Shown here piece by piece: positions 1 to 11,950 of a stretch of 64,000 bases of DNA. The translations under genes and the position numbers were made by a program. Source of the DNA: Malacoraja senta (lineage: Eukaryota). The notes under the pieces were generated by a model that made no database searches, was not told the DNA's origin, and worked only from the letters and a program-made list of their open reading frames with translations. Every line of letters begins with the position of its first letter. Position 1 is the stretch's first letter. Location of the stretch: the NCBI GenBank assembly GCA_038087875.1, contig CM075988.1, forward strand, positions 15,996,001 through 16,060,000, in the 5' to 3' direction.

Positions 1-705
1 GCACAGTAAAGTGCAAGGAATTCTTATAAGTTTGGCTTGCTGTTTGTTTTAAATATTATTTCCAGTCTTATTCCTGTCTTTTCAGAAGCGACTAATTCTT
101 GCTGGAGTGCAATTAAACATTAGTTACAATGCAGGAAGAAGTGATTTACCTCAAAGTCACCTTGGCATTTACTTTCCAAATGCCAAATACTTATAATTAT
201 GATCATCTGACCTGCTTCAACACCCTTTTCTCCATCCCCCATCTCTATTTTAATGCAGAATTTTTTGCCTCAAATATTGATCATAAGAATTGAAGAAAAT
301 AGGAGCAAGGGTAGATCATTTGGCCCCTCAAATCTGCCCCACCATTCAATATGATTGATTTGCTCCAGGTCTCCTCACCTCTTCTGGGCCAATTCCCCAT
401 TGCCCACAATTCCGTGGTCTTTCAAACAATGTTATCCATTTCCACTTTAAACAACCCAATCTAGTCTTTGCGTTCTACATTTGGTCACTGTCCTAGTAAA
501 CCTAGTGCTAAGTCCCAATTTCCAGTTTGTATCATGTTGTCAGTTTTGCATGCAGTCCTTTAACGGAGTTTTAAGAACTTTACTGTTTTCATTACCTCTT
601 GGCTTCAATATATACAGCATCGATCCGCAACACTACCTTTTTTTAGAGGTTTAGTTTTAGAGATTGCAGTTGTTATTGGGCAAGTCCACAGATGACATGT
701 GGAAG

Positions 706-905
706 AGTGTAGAAAGGAACTGCAGATGCTGGTTTATATCGAAGATGGACACAAAGTGCTGGAGTAACTCAGCGGGACAGGCAGCATCTCTGGAGAAAAA
801 GGATGGGTGATGATTGAGGTCGGGTCCCTTCTTCAGACTTCTGGTACCCTCCCCTCCAGTTCCATCCCCTCTACTTTCAGTCTGCAGAAGGGTCACAACC
901 TGATG
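706..905. repeat. Penelope-derived short element, with a partial inverted second arm
   Basis: GAACTGCAGATGCTGG...CTGGAGTAACTCAGCGGG...CCCTTCTTCAGACT, then AGTCTGCAGAAGGGTC. Confidence 0.8.
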
Positions 906-914
906 GGTGACCGA

Positions 915-1797
915 TCATGTCTTACTAACTTGATTCATTTTTTTTGAGGAGGTGACAAAGGAGATTGATGAAGGGAGGACAGTGGATGTTGTATACATGG
1001 AATTTAGTAAGACTTTTGATAAAGTCCCTCATGGTAGGCTGATCCAGAAGATTAAGATGTACGAGATTTACAATGACTTGGCCGTTTGCATTCAGAACTG
1101 GCTTATTCATAGAAGTAGAAGGTTGTGGTGGAAGGTGGATATTCTGGCTGGAGGTCTGTGAATAGTGGAGTTCCGCAGGCATCAGTGCTGGGACCTCTGC
1201 TGTTCGTGATATATAATTGTCCTTGGCGCAACTGCAGATGGGTTGGTGAGTAAGTTTGCTGACAACACCAATATTGGAGGAGTTGCTGACAATGAGGAAT
1301 GCTGACAGAAGATACAGCAGAATATAGATCAGGTGTAGAAGAGGCAGATGTAGTTTACCCTGAGCAAGTGTAAGGTTGCACTTTGGGAGGCTGAATGTCA
1401 AGGGAGATAATGGCAAGACCCTTAACAGCATTGATGTGCAGAGAGATCTTGGTCCACTACTCACTGCAGGAGGCAGCACCAGTAGATAGGGTGGTAAAGA
1501 AGGTGTAGAGAATGCTTGCCTTCATTGCTTGGGGCATTAAATATAGTCAAGAAGAAATGATGCAGCTCTAGATCTCTGGTTAGGCCATGTTTAGTATTGT
1601 GTGTAGTTCTGGTTGGCCATTACACAAAAGATGTGGAGGCTTTGGAGAAGGTGCAGAGGAGGTTTACCAGCATGCTGTCTGGATTGGAGGTTTTCAGCTA
1701 CTGGGAGTGGTGGGATAGACATACATTGTTTTCTCTGGAACGTTGGAGATTGAGGGGAGACTTGTTGGAAGTATATAAAATTATGAGAGGCATAGAT
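915..1797 (+). mobile_element. Degenerate CR1-clade LINE reverse-transcriptase fragment
   Basis: Fragmented frames: VDVVYMEFSKTFDKVPH, SGVPQASVLGPLLF, KFAD, ALEKVQRRFT, RLRGDLLEVYKIMRG. Confidence 0.88.
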
Positions 1798-3079
1798 ACG
1801 TTGGGAGGTCTGAGTACAAAGAATTCACACTCGCTTTCTTATTCAATGTTGCATTATCTCTCAATTCTATCTTCCATCGTTATCCTCTTGTGCTCTTACA
1901 CTCCCTTCAACCCTCCCCTCCCCAATCCCTAGCAATCCCCATTCCTTTTCAACTTCTTTGCCCATCTACTTATTCTCCTTCCTGTCATGCAGGCTTTCTC
2001 AACCACACTTCCCCCTTTTCCAATCTCCCTTCCCCCATATTTCCAGTTACATATTGCATCTGTAACATGTTTGTTCCCTGCAGGTTGCCCTCTGTGCGGA
2101 TGTTCCTTTTGCAAAGCACTTGATCCTGTGCTTCTATGAATCATTGCTGTAATCAGTCACCTGCTCCTGAGTTGCTGCACTAATTACCTCGGCTCACCGC
2201 GACTGACGTAGACCACTTATTTAACACATCATCCGATCAAAAGCAAATCAAAGTTGACCCATGGGGTTACATTTAGAGATGAGGAATGCAACAAATAATA
2301 ATCTGATTTCCGCAGTATCTAGAACTTGCTTATCAGTATAGCTCTAAGGGTTTTATTTTAAGCAGAATTGAACTGTTGCAAGCTAAGAATGTTTTTTTTT
2401 TTTAATTTCTTTTAAGTAACGGGCTGTGCAGTCAATGCACTAAGTGGAAAGAATGCTTGCAATGTAGCCGATTTCTTTTACTGTTCTTGTGTACAAATGT
2501 TTTACCCTCTCCAGTCCCTGTTTGGGTACTTTGCAAGGTGACATTCATCATGTTGCTCCATGCTCTTTGAATCTTGTACTAAAACTCATGCATCTGGAAA
2601 CACTCTCCATCAATGAAGGAAAGAAAAACACTACAACCAATGAAATATTTAAAAACTGCTGTCACTGTTCTAATGCAAGAGAATCTAGAGGGTAATTTAT
2701 GCAAGGCAAGATCTCACTTACAGTGATATAATATGGTTAGTTCTGTGCCTCAACAACATCTACAAATGTTTCTTCATCTCTACCTTTGATCCACATTTGT
2801 TAACACCTTTATCTAACAGAAATCACTGGGATTTGAGATTCAGTTGATCTCCAGCATCCATTATCTTTTGAGTGAGAGAATTGTGGAGTTTCATTATCCT
2901 TTGTGTTTGCTGATTTCATTTCTGAATGGGTGCCGCTAACTTGAGGTTTACAACCCCTTGGCTGGACTGAGAAAACAGATTCACTCTAGATGTGATTTGA
3001 CCAAGTCTTCCCTACAATTCAAGTAGACCTCTTTATATGAAAACCCCTTGAGGTAAAGACCACTATTTCATTAGTCCAG

Positions 3080-4500
3080 ATGGACTTTAGTAAAGCTTTC
3101 TACATGGTTCTGCATGACAGACCTTCAAAAAAGATAACTACAGATTCATGAGAAAAATGGCAAGTTGGATGGGAAATTGGCTCAGTGACCGAAAGCAGAG
3201 AATAATGATTGAGAGATGTTTTGTGACTGGGAAGCTCTGGCTTCCACAAGACTTGAAACAGGCCACATGATTGATCGGGAAGAGGAAAGCTTTCAACTTC
3301 ATAGTTGAAACAATAGGAGCAGGAGTAGGCCATTCAAGATGGTCAGGGCTAATCTTTAAACAACATACCTTGTTCCTGCTTTCCTCCCATATCCCTTGAT
3401 CTTTTTAGCTGTAAGAACTTTGATCCCATACCCCTTGATTACGTCAAATAATTTGACTCAAGGATGTAGACAGTTGGGTCAGCTGGACAGAATAATAGCA
3501 AATGGAATTTGTCCAGAGAAACATGATGCAGTAAGGGATTGGAATTTACAGTTAATAGGAGGGGAGTGAGTGGGACAGGAGTGTTTATTATTGATACTAG
3601 CAAGACTGGTAGGTAAGCTGGTTAAGAACGTGTATGTAATCCTATCTGTTATTAGCAAAGGCATAAAATAAAAGGGCAGGGTGCTTAAACTAAAATTATA
3701 TTTAATGCTTGTTGGAAATATAATTCTGGAGTATTTCCAGGAAAGATGTGATTGCACCATACAGAGTAAAGAGGAGATTTGCAAGAATGTTGCCCAGGCT
3801 GAAATTGTTGAGCCATGAAGAAAGATTGGGTAGGATGTTTGGGTCGGGTAGGCAGGGTTTTTTATGAGAGGTGATAAAGGAGACTGCAGAGACCTAATTG
3901 ATCTGTATAAAATTGCGGACTTAGAATAAATAAGAGGAACCTATTTTGCTTGACTAAGGGGTTAAAGGCCTGGGGAGAATTAATTAACAGCAATTGATAG
4001 AAGAATTGCAAGGGAAATGTAAATGTATTGCCATCTAGAGGGTGATAGGTATTTGGAACTTACTGGCTGAAAGTATGGTAAAAGCAAAAAAGACATTCAA
4101 TATGAGGTATTTAAAATGAAAGGACATACAGTAGGTGCACGGCAAGTGATCAGAGGTTCAGTGGGGATCTGCGGTAGATCTTTTTCACCCAGGTGGTAGC
4201 TAGACTCTGGAACGCACCACATGAGAGGGCGGTAGAGGCACACGCTATTGCAACATTGAAGAAGTATCTACACAAACACTTGAATCTGCAACACATAGCA
4301 AGCAATGGACCACGTGCTGATAACTGGCATTGGTACAACAATGGGTGAAACATAGAAAATAGGTGCAGGAGTAGGCCATTCGGCCCTTTGAGCCAGCACC
4401 GCCATTCAATATGATCATGTCTGATCATCCAAAGTCAGTACCCTGTTCCTTCTTTCTCCCCATATACCTTGATTCCGTTTGCCCTAAGAGTTATATCCAA
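3080..4500. mobile_element. Cluster of old CR1 fragments, including minus-strand tails at about 3310-3440 and 4346-4500
   Basis: CR1-type RT remnants and the same tail sequence as 10704-10903. Confidence 0.65.
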
Positions 4501-5939
4501 GGCATGGTTTCAGTGGGCTGAAAGTCTGTGCTCCATGCTCGATTCTGTGATCTATGACCTGCAGAGCTGAGGATGAAGTGCTGGAAGCCGGGATCAGTCT
4601 GGGTCATTCCCACCAGTATTGCCATATTGGACCAAGTGCCCTTCCCTGGTGTAATCTTTCTGTGATTCTAATTCTGGATCTAAGTAACACTGGGCTTATT
4701 CATTTCAGAATATGATTTATTTGTAGGCACCTAAGACCATGCTCGTAGTGCAAGCTGTAACTGCCTTTCTGGATATTTTGCTTGTGTTGTCCAATACGCA
4801 TTTCTCTGATCTGTGAACTTTAGATATTCTTAAAGTTATAATTTAACTTTAGATATTCTAAATAATATGCATGTATTAATTAGTGGTTTCAACTTTTAAG
4901 ACAATATAATAGCCTTGTGGTCTTTATTCTGATAACAGATTTTTAGTTTGAGATTTTTTTAATGATTGAAATTCTCATTCTGGTCAAGATGAAACTTTTT
5001 GGATTATTGATCCTGGCCTCACTATAACTATGTAATCTAATAGTTGTATTATTTTCACAAAAATATTGTTTCCTAGCTAATTTATGTTTACCCTCTGTAA
5101 TAACACTGGCCACTATTTTGGCGCCAAGGACTGACCCAGATATGAATGATCAGTGATCCTATGTTGAGCAGACTATAATCTCTTCGTTTCTACTAGCACT
5201 GTGAAGCAAATGTAAAGAAAAATTCTCCTAGTTTACAACCTGTGCTTAGGGTGGAGGGGAAGAGGGGCATTTTGGAGAAAGGTGTGTTGATAGGATTAAA
5301 ATCAAGTGGATTTTAACCTGTCGGACCAAATGAGGGCTGTGTGTTGCATAAGATTATATACAAAATTAGATGTTGTAAATCTGATGCACCTAAATTTAAA
5401 CATCCTATAAATGGTTCTTTAATCACCTTATCGCACTCTCTTTCTGTGTCCTACACACGCAGCATCTTGAGGTTTACTGTGTGACGTGTTACAAGATACA
5501 CAGTGTGCATTTAAATTAAAAGAAAAATCCGGATTGTTTGCATTAGTGTCGGTGCTGGCGTCAGCACGGTGCACTCTTACATTAGTGTGGCGTTTTCATT
5601 ATTTTCTTTTTCCCTTTATTTCCCTATCATTCTGCTTGACCGTGACTTTGCAGCCAGTCTTTCCAATATACATTCAAGCCCATCTCGGCTGCGGAACTGG
5701 GGAACAGGCTGTGGTCAGTTCCCGACCCTCTCTCGCCTTCTCCCCGTTTCACAATCTCGTGTCTTGGCCTCTTGCATCCCTGCCTTGCCTCTTCGCCCTC
5801 ATTCTCCTTTCCCCACCATTCTCCTTTCCCCACCATTCTTCTTTCCCCACCTGCATGTGTGCCGTCTCCTTTCTCCCACGACTGCGAACCCCCCTCTTAT
5901 CCCGCGTGTCCCCGCCCACCCCTGCTGCTCCTGCCCACC

Positions 5940-6208
5940 CTCGCCCCCTCTCTGAGGTTTTTTTTAATTATCTGCGCCGCCGCCGGTGCTGCAAAGCGCT
6001 TTGACAGTGGGCGACGCAGGACAATAACCAGCGACGCTCTGTCGTCTAATGTCGTCGTTTCCTTGCTGTTGCTATTGGAAACTCTGACGGCGGTGGCAAT
6101 GCGGGAGGTGGATCTGTTGTCGCCTTTGGAGGCGGCTCAGTCTACCCGGAACGGGACACGGCCTGTCATCCACAAAGCCAAGTTCAAACCCTGCTTGGAA
6201 ATAAAATG
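5940..6208 (+). promoter_or_regulatory. CpG-rich island-like segment; candidate alternative USP2 promoter/first exon ending ATG|GTAAAA
   Basis: High CpG density at 5940-6170; ATG at 6206-6208 directly followed by GTAAAA (phase-0 donor). Confidence 0.35.
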
Positions 6209-7896
6209 GTAAAATTAAAAGTGACCTTGAAACTGCCGCATTCTTGTTACATCCCAACTGCCCTCTATTGAAGGAAACCTGTCCTCCTCAATATGCAGGC
6301 CTTTGTGACTCCGACCCCACATTAAAACTGTTATCGCTTAATTGCTCTTTGCTCTTGTTATAACCACCGGTTATATCAAGGAATAAATGTCAGTCTTGCC
6401 AACAGTCCCAATATCCTGAGAATCTTATTTTTCAAGATGCTCCCCAAAACATAATACAAACTCGACTAACAATGAAGGTAAATGACATTTTTTGGCAATT
6501 TGTTAATTATCAGAATTTAGCTGATTTGGCCTTTCTCTCATCATGAGATTGCAGTTGGTGGATTTTTAAACCATTTCCATGTTTTGTGTTGGCACTGTGA
6601 AATTGATACCAGGTCACAATCTAAGAAATGCCAACCTTACACCATAATGGGAGTGTCATCAAACCAAGGACTACTCTGAGCAACCGCGCGCGAGAGCATT
6701 AGCAAACTTGTACTCCCTCTGTTCGATATTATACGGGAGGAAGAACCAGTGTATCATCTGAGTGCAGGTAACCAGAGATTCCTTGAGGAAAGACTGGCAT
6801 TTCGTTAGTATGTCACCTATTCAGCCAAGAAAGTAATTGAAGTGTAGTCAATGTTACAATACAAAATGGAGAGACAAGTAATGCTTCAATCTTGAGCAAA
6901 ACACAAAGCGGGCCAGGTGGCATCTTTGGAGAGAATGGTCAGGCGATGTTTCGGGTCTGGACTCTTCTTCAGCGTTTTCTTTTAGTTGTAACGTAAGAAA
7001 CCAGGCAGCCAATTTATACAGAGCAAGTTCTTAGTAAAAGTAACATCATAAATTACTCTAATGATAGATATTAGAGGAGGCATAGATAGTAACTTGGATA
7101 CAAGGAGAATTACCCCTGTTTCTCATTGAATGTGCCAATGGATATTTTCCATCCATTTGATGACCTTGATTTAAAATCTAATTCAAAAGAGTGAACTTCA
7201 AGTAATATCTTGGTTCAGAATGACAGCCTCAATAGTAGGCTTGTGTTCTTGAAGTATGAGTCCGAATCTTCTGCCTCAGCCATATGGGTAAGAAGGAGTG
7301 GAGTTTGCATGTTGCAGGGAACAATGCAACTAGTCTTTGTTAGACAATGGAACAAGCAATCACGTCATTATAAAAAAAAGTAAAACATTGTAGAGTCGGC
7401 AAATTAGAAGTAAAATACAGTACTGGAAATGACAGCAAGTCAAGCAACCTAAGTGCAGAGAGAAACCATTAATATTTTGGGTTGATGACCTTTTGTCAGA
7501 ACTCATTTTCTGTTTTTATTTAAAATCATTATTGATAGCTTCTCCAAGGATGGATGAATCTGCCAGTCTTAAAAATGTATTTTAGCATAATATGCCACTG
7601 CAACTCGTAAAGTCAGCTAAGGCCTTATTCTTGCTTCCCTGCCACGTGGATGTAACTGTCTGTGTTTTATTGTTTTCCAAGAGCATCATTTAAACAAAGG
7701 CATTTAACAAAAATATGTTGAGAATGTGTTCTACTAGTTATTCAACAAATCAGACATTGGCTTTGCTTGGCATCAGCTGGAACATTCTGCAAAATAACAT
7801 ACGAGATCGTTGACCTCAAAACTTTCAAGAGATAAGAACAGGAGCTCTTCTGGTTAACCCTTTCAGCTCCTGACACCTGACAATCTGACACATGTG

Positions 7897-8023
7897 TGAA
7901 GATGGGTCTCAATCCAAAATGCCACCGATTCCTTCTCTCCAGAGATGCTGCCTGTCCCGCTGAGTTACTCCAGGATTTTGTGTCTATCTTCAATTTAAAC
8001 CAGCACCTGCAGTTCTTTCCTAC
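7897..8023 (+). repeat. Penelope-derived short element
   Basis: Reverse complement of the 706-840 family. Confidence 0.8.
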
Positions 8024-8591
8024 ACAATCATATGTGTGCGACTGCCTATTATTAAGAATTGAATTCATGGTATTAAAGGCAATGAAAGTGTGTCCAACCC
8101 CAGTGCTGGATCTGCAAATGTAATTCCACCGAACTCTTGCTTCTTATTCTGCTGTCTTGAACTCTGGTTGATTGTTCCGCCAACAATGATTCACTGTCTT
8201 CTAACTCTTCTCCTTTCCTCCATCCAAAGATATTACAGTTAAATGCTAGAAATAACATATATTTAAATCATTAATAATTGTTTTGGTAAAGGGGAACGTA
8301 ATTCACAAGGGAAAGATAAATAGCACAAAATAGAATCTCTTGCAATGGATCAAGGAAAGTTTGTTCTATGGCATACTGGATGTTAATAGATAGATCAGTA
8401 CCGTTGGGTAACAGGGTAAAAAACAATTATTGTGCAGACAGTTTACTGTCTTCCTAGGTTAAACCTGAGCCTGTTGTTGCCTGTATTTAATGTCCTTATG
8501 GCCAGGGCTGTCATTTTGTCCCTTCATGTGTTTGCCTTGCAAAGCAGTATGATGTAGAGGGAGGGCTTTATGGCCTCCTACAATTCACACG

Positions 8592-8846
8592 ATGGGGGTG
8601 GTGGGATGGGTGAGCAGGGAAGTTCATCCACTCGCACACCCAGTGGGCTTGAAGATGTCAACGAGGAATTGCAAGCTGGAAGTTCAGTCTCCACTCAGCA
8701 GGACTCTACGGAGGAGTATACGAACTCCGGATCTTCTGACTCGGAGGTGGGAATACTGTCTGCTGAATTACAGGCTGGCTTTGCTAAACAACCATTCACT
8801 ACTCAGAGAGAACCCAGAGCCTTGCCACTGCCGCAGACCTGGTCAG
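8592..8846 (+). CDS. Candidate alternative first coding exon of USP2 (ATG 8592 or 8655, MSTRNCKLEV...CRRPGQ)
   Basis: Unique non-repeat ORF that reaches a good donor CAG|GTACGT in phase 0, compatible with the phase-0 exon at 31462; no homology recognised. Confidence 0.35.
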
Positions 8847-9508
8847 GTACGTCATCGGATCCTGGGTATGGATCTTGGAGGCTTTTGAAACAGTGGTGGT
8901 TTGGTGGTGCTCACAAGGCGAATGCCCTCCAAGCCAGTGTCAGATATTTAACTCTGTTCCGGCTCAAGAGCAACAGACCCTGAAGCAATCACCTGGCAGA
9001 GAGGAATTTCACCTCCAGGGCTCAGCTGCTGAATTTCTCTCTCTCAGCAAATTGTTTTGGCTGTTTTGTTTCTTTATGGGCTTAATTATAAAATTTCCCT
9101 TTGTATGATAGTTTGCCAGTTCAATAGTCAGCAGTGTGCCAACCCATTTATGTTGCAATGGAAGTTAGGACTTTGGACATTCTAAAGAGTAGTGTTGTGC
9201 TTTATATTTAAATCCAGTCTCACTCATGTAATAGCTGCAAACTTACAGGTGTCTCTGTCTTTGAGTTTGTTGGTAAAGAGTTTAAATCCCACTTCAAAAG
9301 ACTGTAGAAACTAGTGTTGTTCATAGAGTAGAGGACTGAAAACAGATTTGATAATGTTTCATGTTTTGAAAAATAAATTAAGGATATCTAGCTCAAGTGG
9401 GTAAAGGGTTCATAAGCCGGCCACAACTTTAAGGTTACTAGCAAAATAAATTGAAAGAATATTATGAGAAATTTGCTTTTGCACAGGAGTGGATCATAAT
9501 TTGTTATA

Positions 9509-11570
9509 CCGTGCCTTCCATAATGTTTGGGACAAAGACCCATCATTTATTTATTTGCCTCTGTATTCCACAATTTGAGATTTGTAATAGAAAAAAATCA
9601 CATGTGGTTAAAGAGCACATTGTCAGATTTTAATAAAGGCCATTTTTATACATTTTGGTTTCACCATGTAGAAATGACATACATAGTCTCCCCATTTCAG
9701 GGCACCATAATGTTTGGGACACAAGGCTTCACAGGTATTTGTAATTGCTCAGGTGTGTTTAATGGGCCTCCTTCGTGCAGGTATAAGAGAGTTCTCATCA
9801 CCTAGTCTTTCCTCCAGTCTTTCCATCGCCTTAAACTTTTATTGCTGTTTATCAACATGAGGACCAAAGTTGTGCCAATGAAAGTCAAATAAGCCATTAT
9901 GAGACTCTGAAACAAGAATAAAACTGTTAGAGACATCAGCCAACCCTTAGGCTTACCAAAATCAACTGTTTGGAACATAATTATGAAGAAAGAGAGCACT
10001 GGTGAGCTTACTAATTGCAAAGGAACTGGCAGGCCAAGGAAGACCTCTACAACTGATGACAGAAGAATTATCTCTATAATAAAGCAAAATCCCCAAACAC
10101 CTGTCCGACAGATCAGAAACACTCTTCAAGAGGCGGGTATGGATTTGTCAATGACCACTGTCCATAGAAGACTTCATGAACAGAAATACAGAGGCTACAC
10201 TGCAAGATGCAAACCACTGGTTACCACAAAAATGGGATGGCAGGTTACAGTTTACCAAGAAGTACTTACAGAGCAACCACAGTTCTGGAAAAAAGGTCTT
10301 GTGGACAGATGAAATGAAGATTAACTTACATCAGAGCATAGTATGGAGGAGAGAAGGAACTGCTCAAGATCCAAAGCATACCACCTCATCTGTGAAATAC
10401 GATGGTGGGGGTGTTATGGCCTAGGCATGTATGACTGCTGAAGGTACTGGCTCACTTATCGTCATTGATGATACAACTGCTGACGGTAGTAGCATAATGA
10501 ATTCTGGAGTGTATAGACACATCCTATCTGCTCGTTCAAACAAATACCTCAAACCCATTGGCCGGCGGTTCATTCTATAGCAAGACAATGATCCCAAACG
10601 TACTGCTAAAGCAACAAAGGAGTTTTACAAAGCTAAAAAAATGCTAAATTCTTGAGTGGCCAAGTCAATCATCCGATCTGAATCCAATTGAGCATGCCTT
10701 TTAGAAACATAGAAACATAGAAAATAGGTGCAGGAGTAGGCCATTTGGCCCTTCGAGCCTGCACCGCCATTCAATATGATCATGGCTGATCATCCAACTC
10801 AGTATCCTGTACCTGCCTTCTCTCCATACCCCCTGATCCCTTTAGCCACAAGGGCCACATCTAACTCCCTCTTAAATATAGCCAATGAACTGGCCTCAAC
10901 TACCTCTGTGGCAGAGATTCACCACTCTGTGTGAAAAATGTTTTTCTCATCTCGGTCCTAAAAGATTTCCCCCTTATCCTTAAACTGTGACCCCTTGTTC
11001 TGGACTTCCCCAACATCGGGAACAATCTTCCTGCATCTAGCCTGTCCAACCCCTTAAGAATTTTGTAAGTTTCTATAAGATCCCCCCTCAATCTTCTAAA
11101 TTCTAGCGAGTACAAGCCGAGCCGTTTATATGCTGAAGAGAAAACTGAAGGGGACTAGCCCCCAAAACAAACATAAGCTAAAGATGGTTGCAATACAGGC
11201 CTGGCAGAGCATCACCAGAGAAGACACCCAGCAACTGGTGATGTCCATGAATCTCAGAATTCAAGCAGTCATTGCATGCAAAGGATATGCATCAAAATAC
11301 TAAACATAACTACTTTCATTTACATGCCATTGCTGTGTCCCAAACATTATGGTGTCCTGAAATGGGAGGGGGGGGGGGGGAGACTATGTTTCAACACTGC
11401 TGTAATCTCTACATGGTGAAACAAAATGTATAAAAATGGCCTTTATTGAAATCTGACAATGTGCACTTTAACCACATGTGATGTTTTTCTATTACAAATC
11501 TCAAATTGTGGAGTACAGAGGAAAATAAATAAATGATGGGTCTTTGTCCCAAACATTATGGAGGGCACTG
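9509..11570 (+). mobile_element. Tc1-family DNA transposon (IR/DR type), degenerate DD34E transposase at 9857-11303, interrupted by a CR1 insertion
   Basis: TA|CCGTGCC...GGGCACTG|CA ends; TIRs of about 210-240 bp with the internal direct repeat CCATAATGTTTGGGACA; motifs GRPRKT, WTDE, QDNDPK and DLNPIE (34-residue D-E spacing across a frameshift); stops and frameshifts present. Confidence 0.93.
10704..11124 (-). mobile_element. 5'-truncated CR1-clade LINE 3' end inserted into the Tc1 transposase
   Basis: Absent from Tc1 copy 2; encodes LEFRRLRGDLIETYKILKGLD; (TTTCTATG)n tail; TTTA on both sides (possible short TSD). Confidence 0.9.
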
Positions 11571-11754
11571 CATGTTACTTGAGAGTTGTTACTAATTCAG
11601 TAGTAGCTTTCAGAATAAAATTTAATAAATTGCAGGGAAATTGGGAATGACAGGGACCAATGCCTCTTCAAAAGAGCTTCTCTAGATTTAGTTGATTTAT
11701 ATACTGTACTTGTTGTTCAATGAATCCAGTCTTTTATTGCAGATATACCAAGAT

Positions 11755-11950
11755 GTAGTTGAGGCCAGTTCATTGGCTATATTTAAGAGGGAGTTAGATG
11801 TGGCCCTTGTGGCTAAAGGGATCAGGGGGTATGGAGAGAAGGCAGGTACAGGATACTGAGTTGCATGATCAGCCATGATCATATTGAATGGCGGTGCAGG
11901 CTCGAAGGGCCGAATGTCCTACTCCTGTACCTATTTTCTATGTTTCTATG
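11755..11950 (+). mobile_element. CR1 LINE 3' tail fragment
   Basis: Reverse complement of 10708-10903 with 4 mismatches in 196 bp; ends in (TTTCTATG)2. Confidence 0.88.

Noticed and set aside
5486-6004. Overlapping long ORFs of 128-172 aa
   Set aside because: They arise from a stop-poor pyrimidine-rich tract, have non-ATG starts and show no domain or splice support
8570-8983. 137-aa Ser/Gly-rich ORF as the USP2a (USP2-69) large exon
   Set aside because: No resemblance to the MSQLSSTLKRY-type N-terminus, and the best donor (8846) is phase 1 in this frame; the large exon is not visible and probably lies upstream of the window
9857-11303. Functional or domesticated transposase gene
   Set aside because: Early stop, frameshifts and a CR1 insertion in copy 1; internal deletion in copy 2
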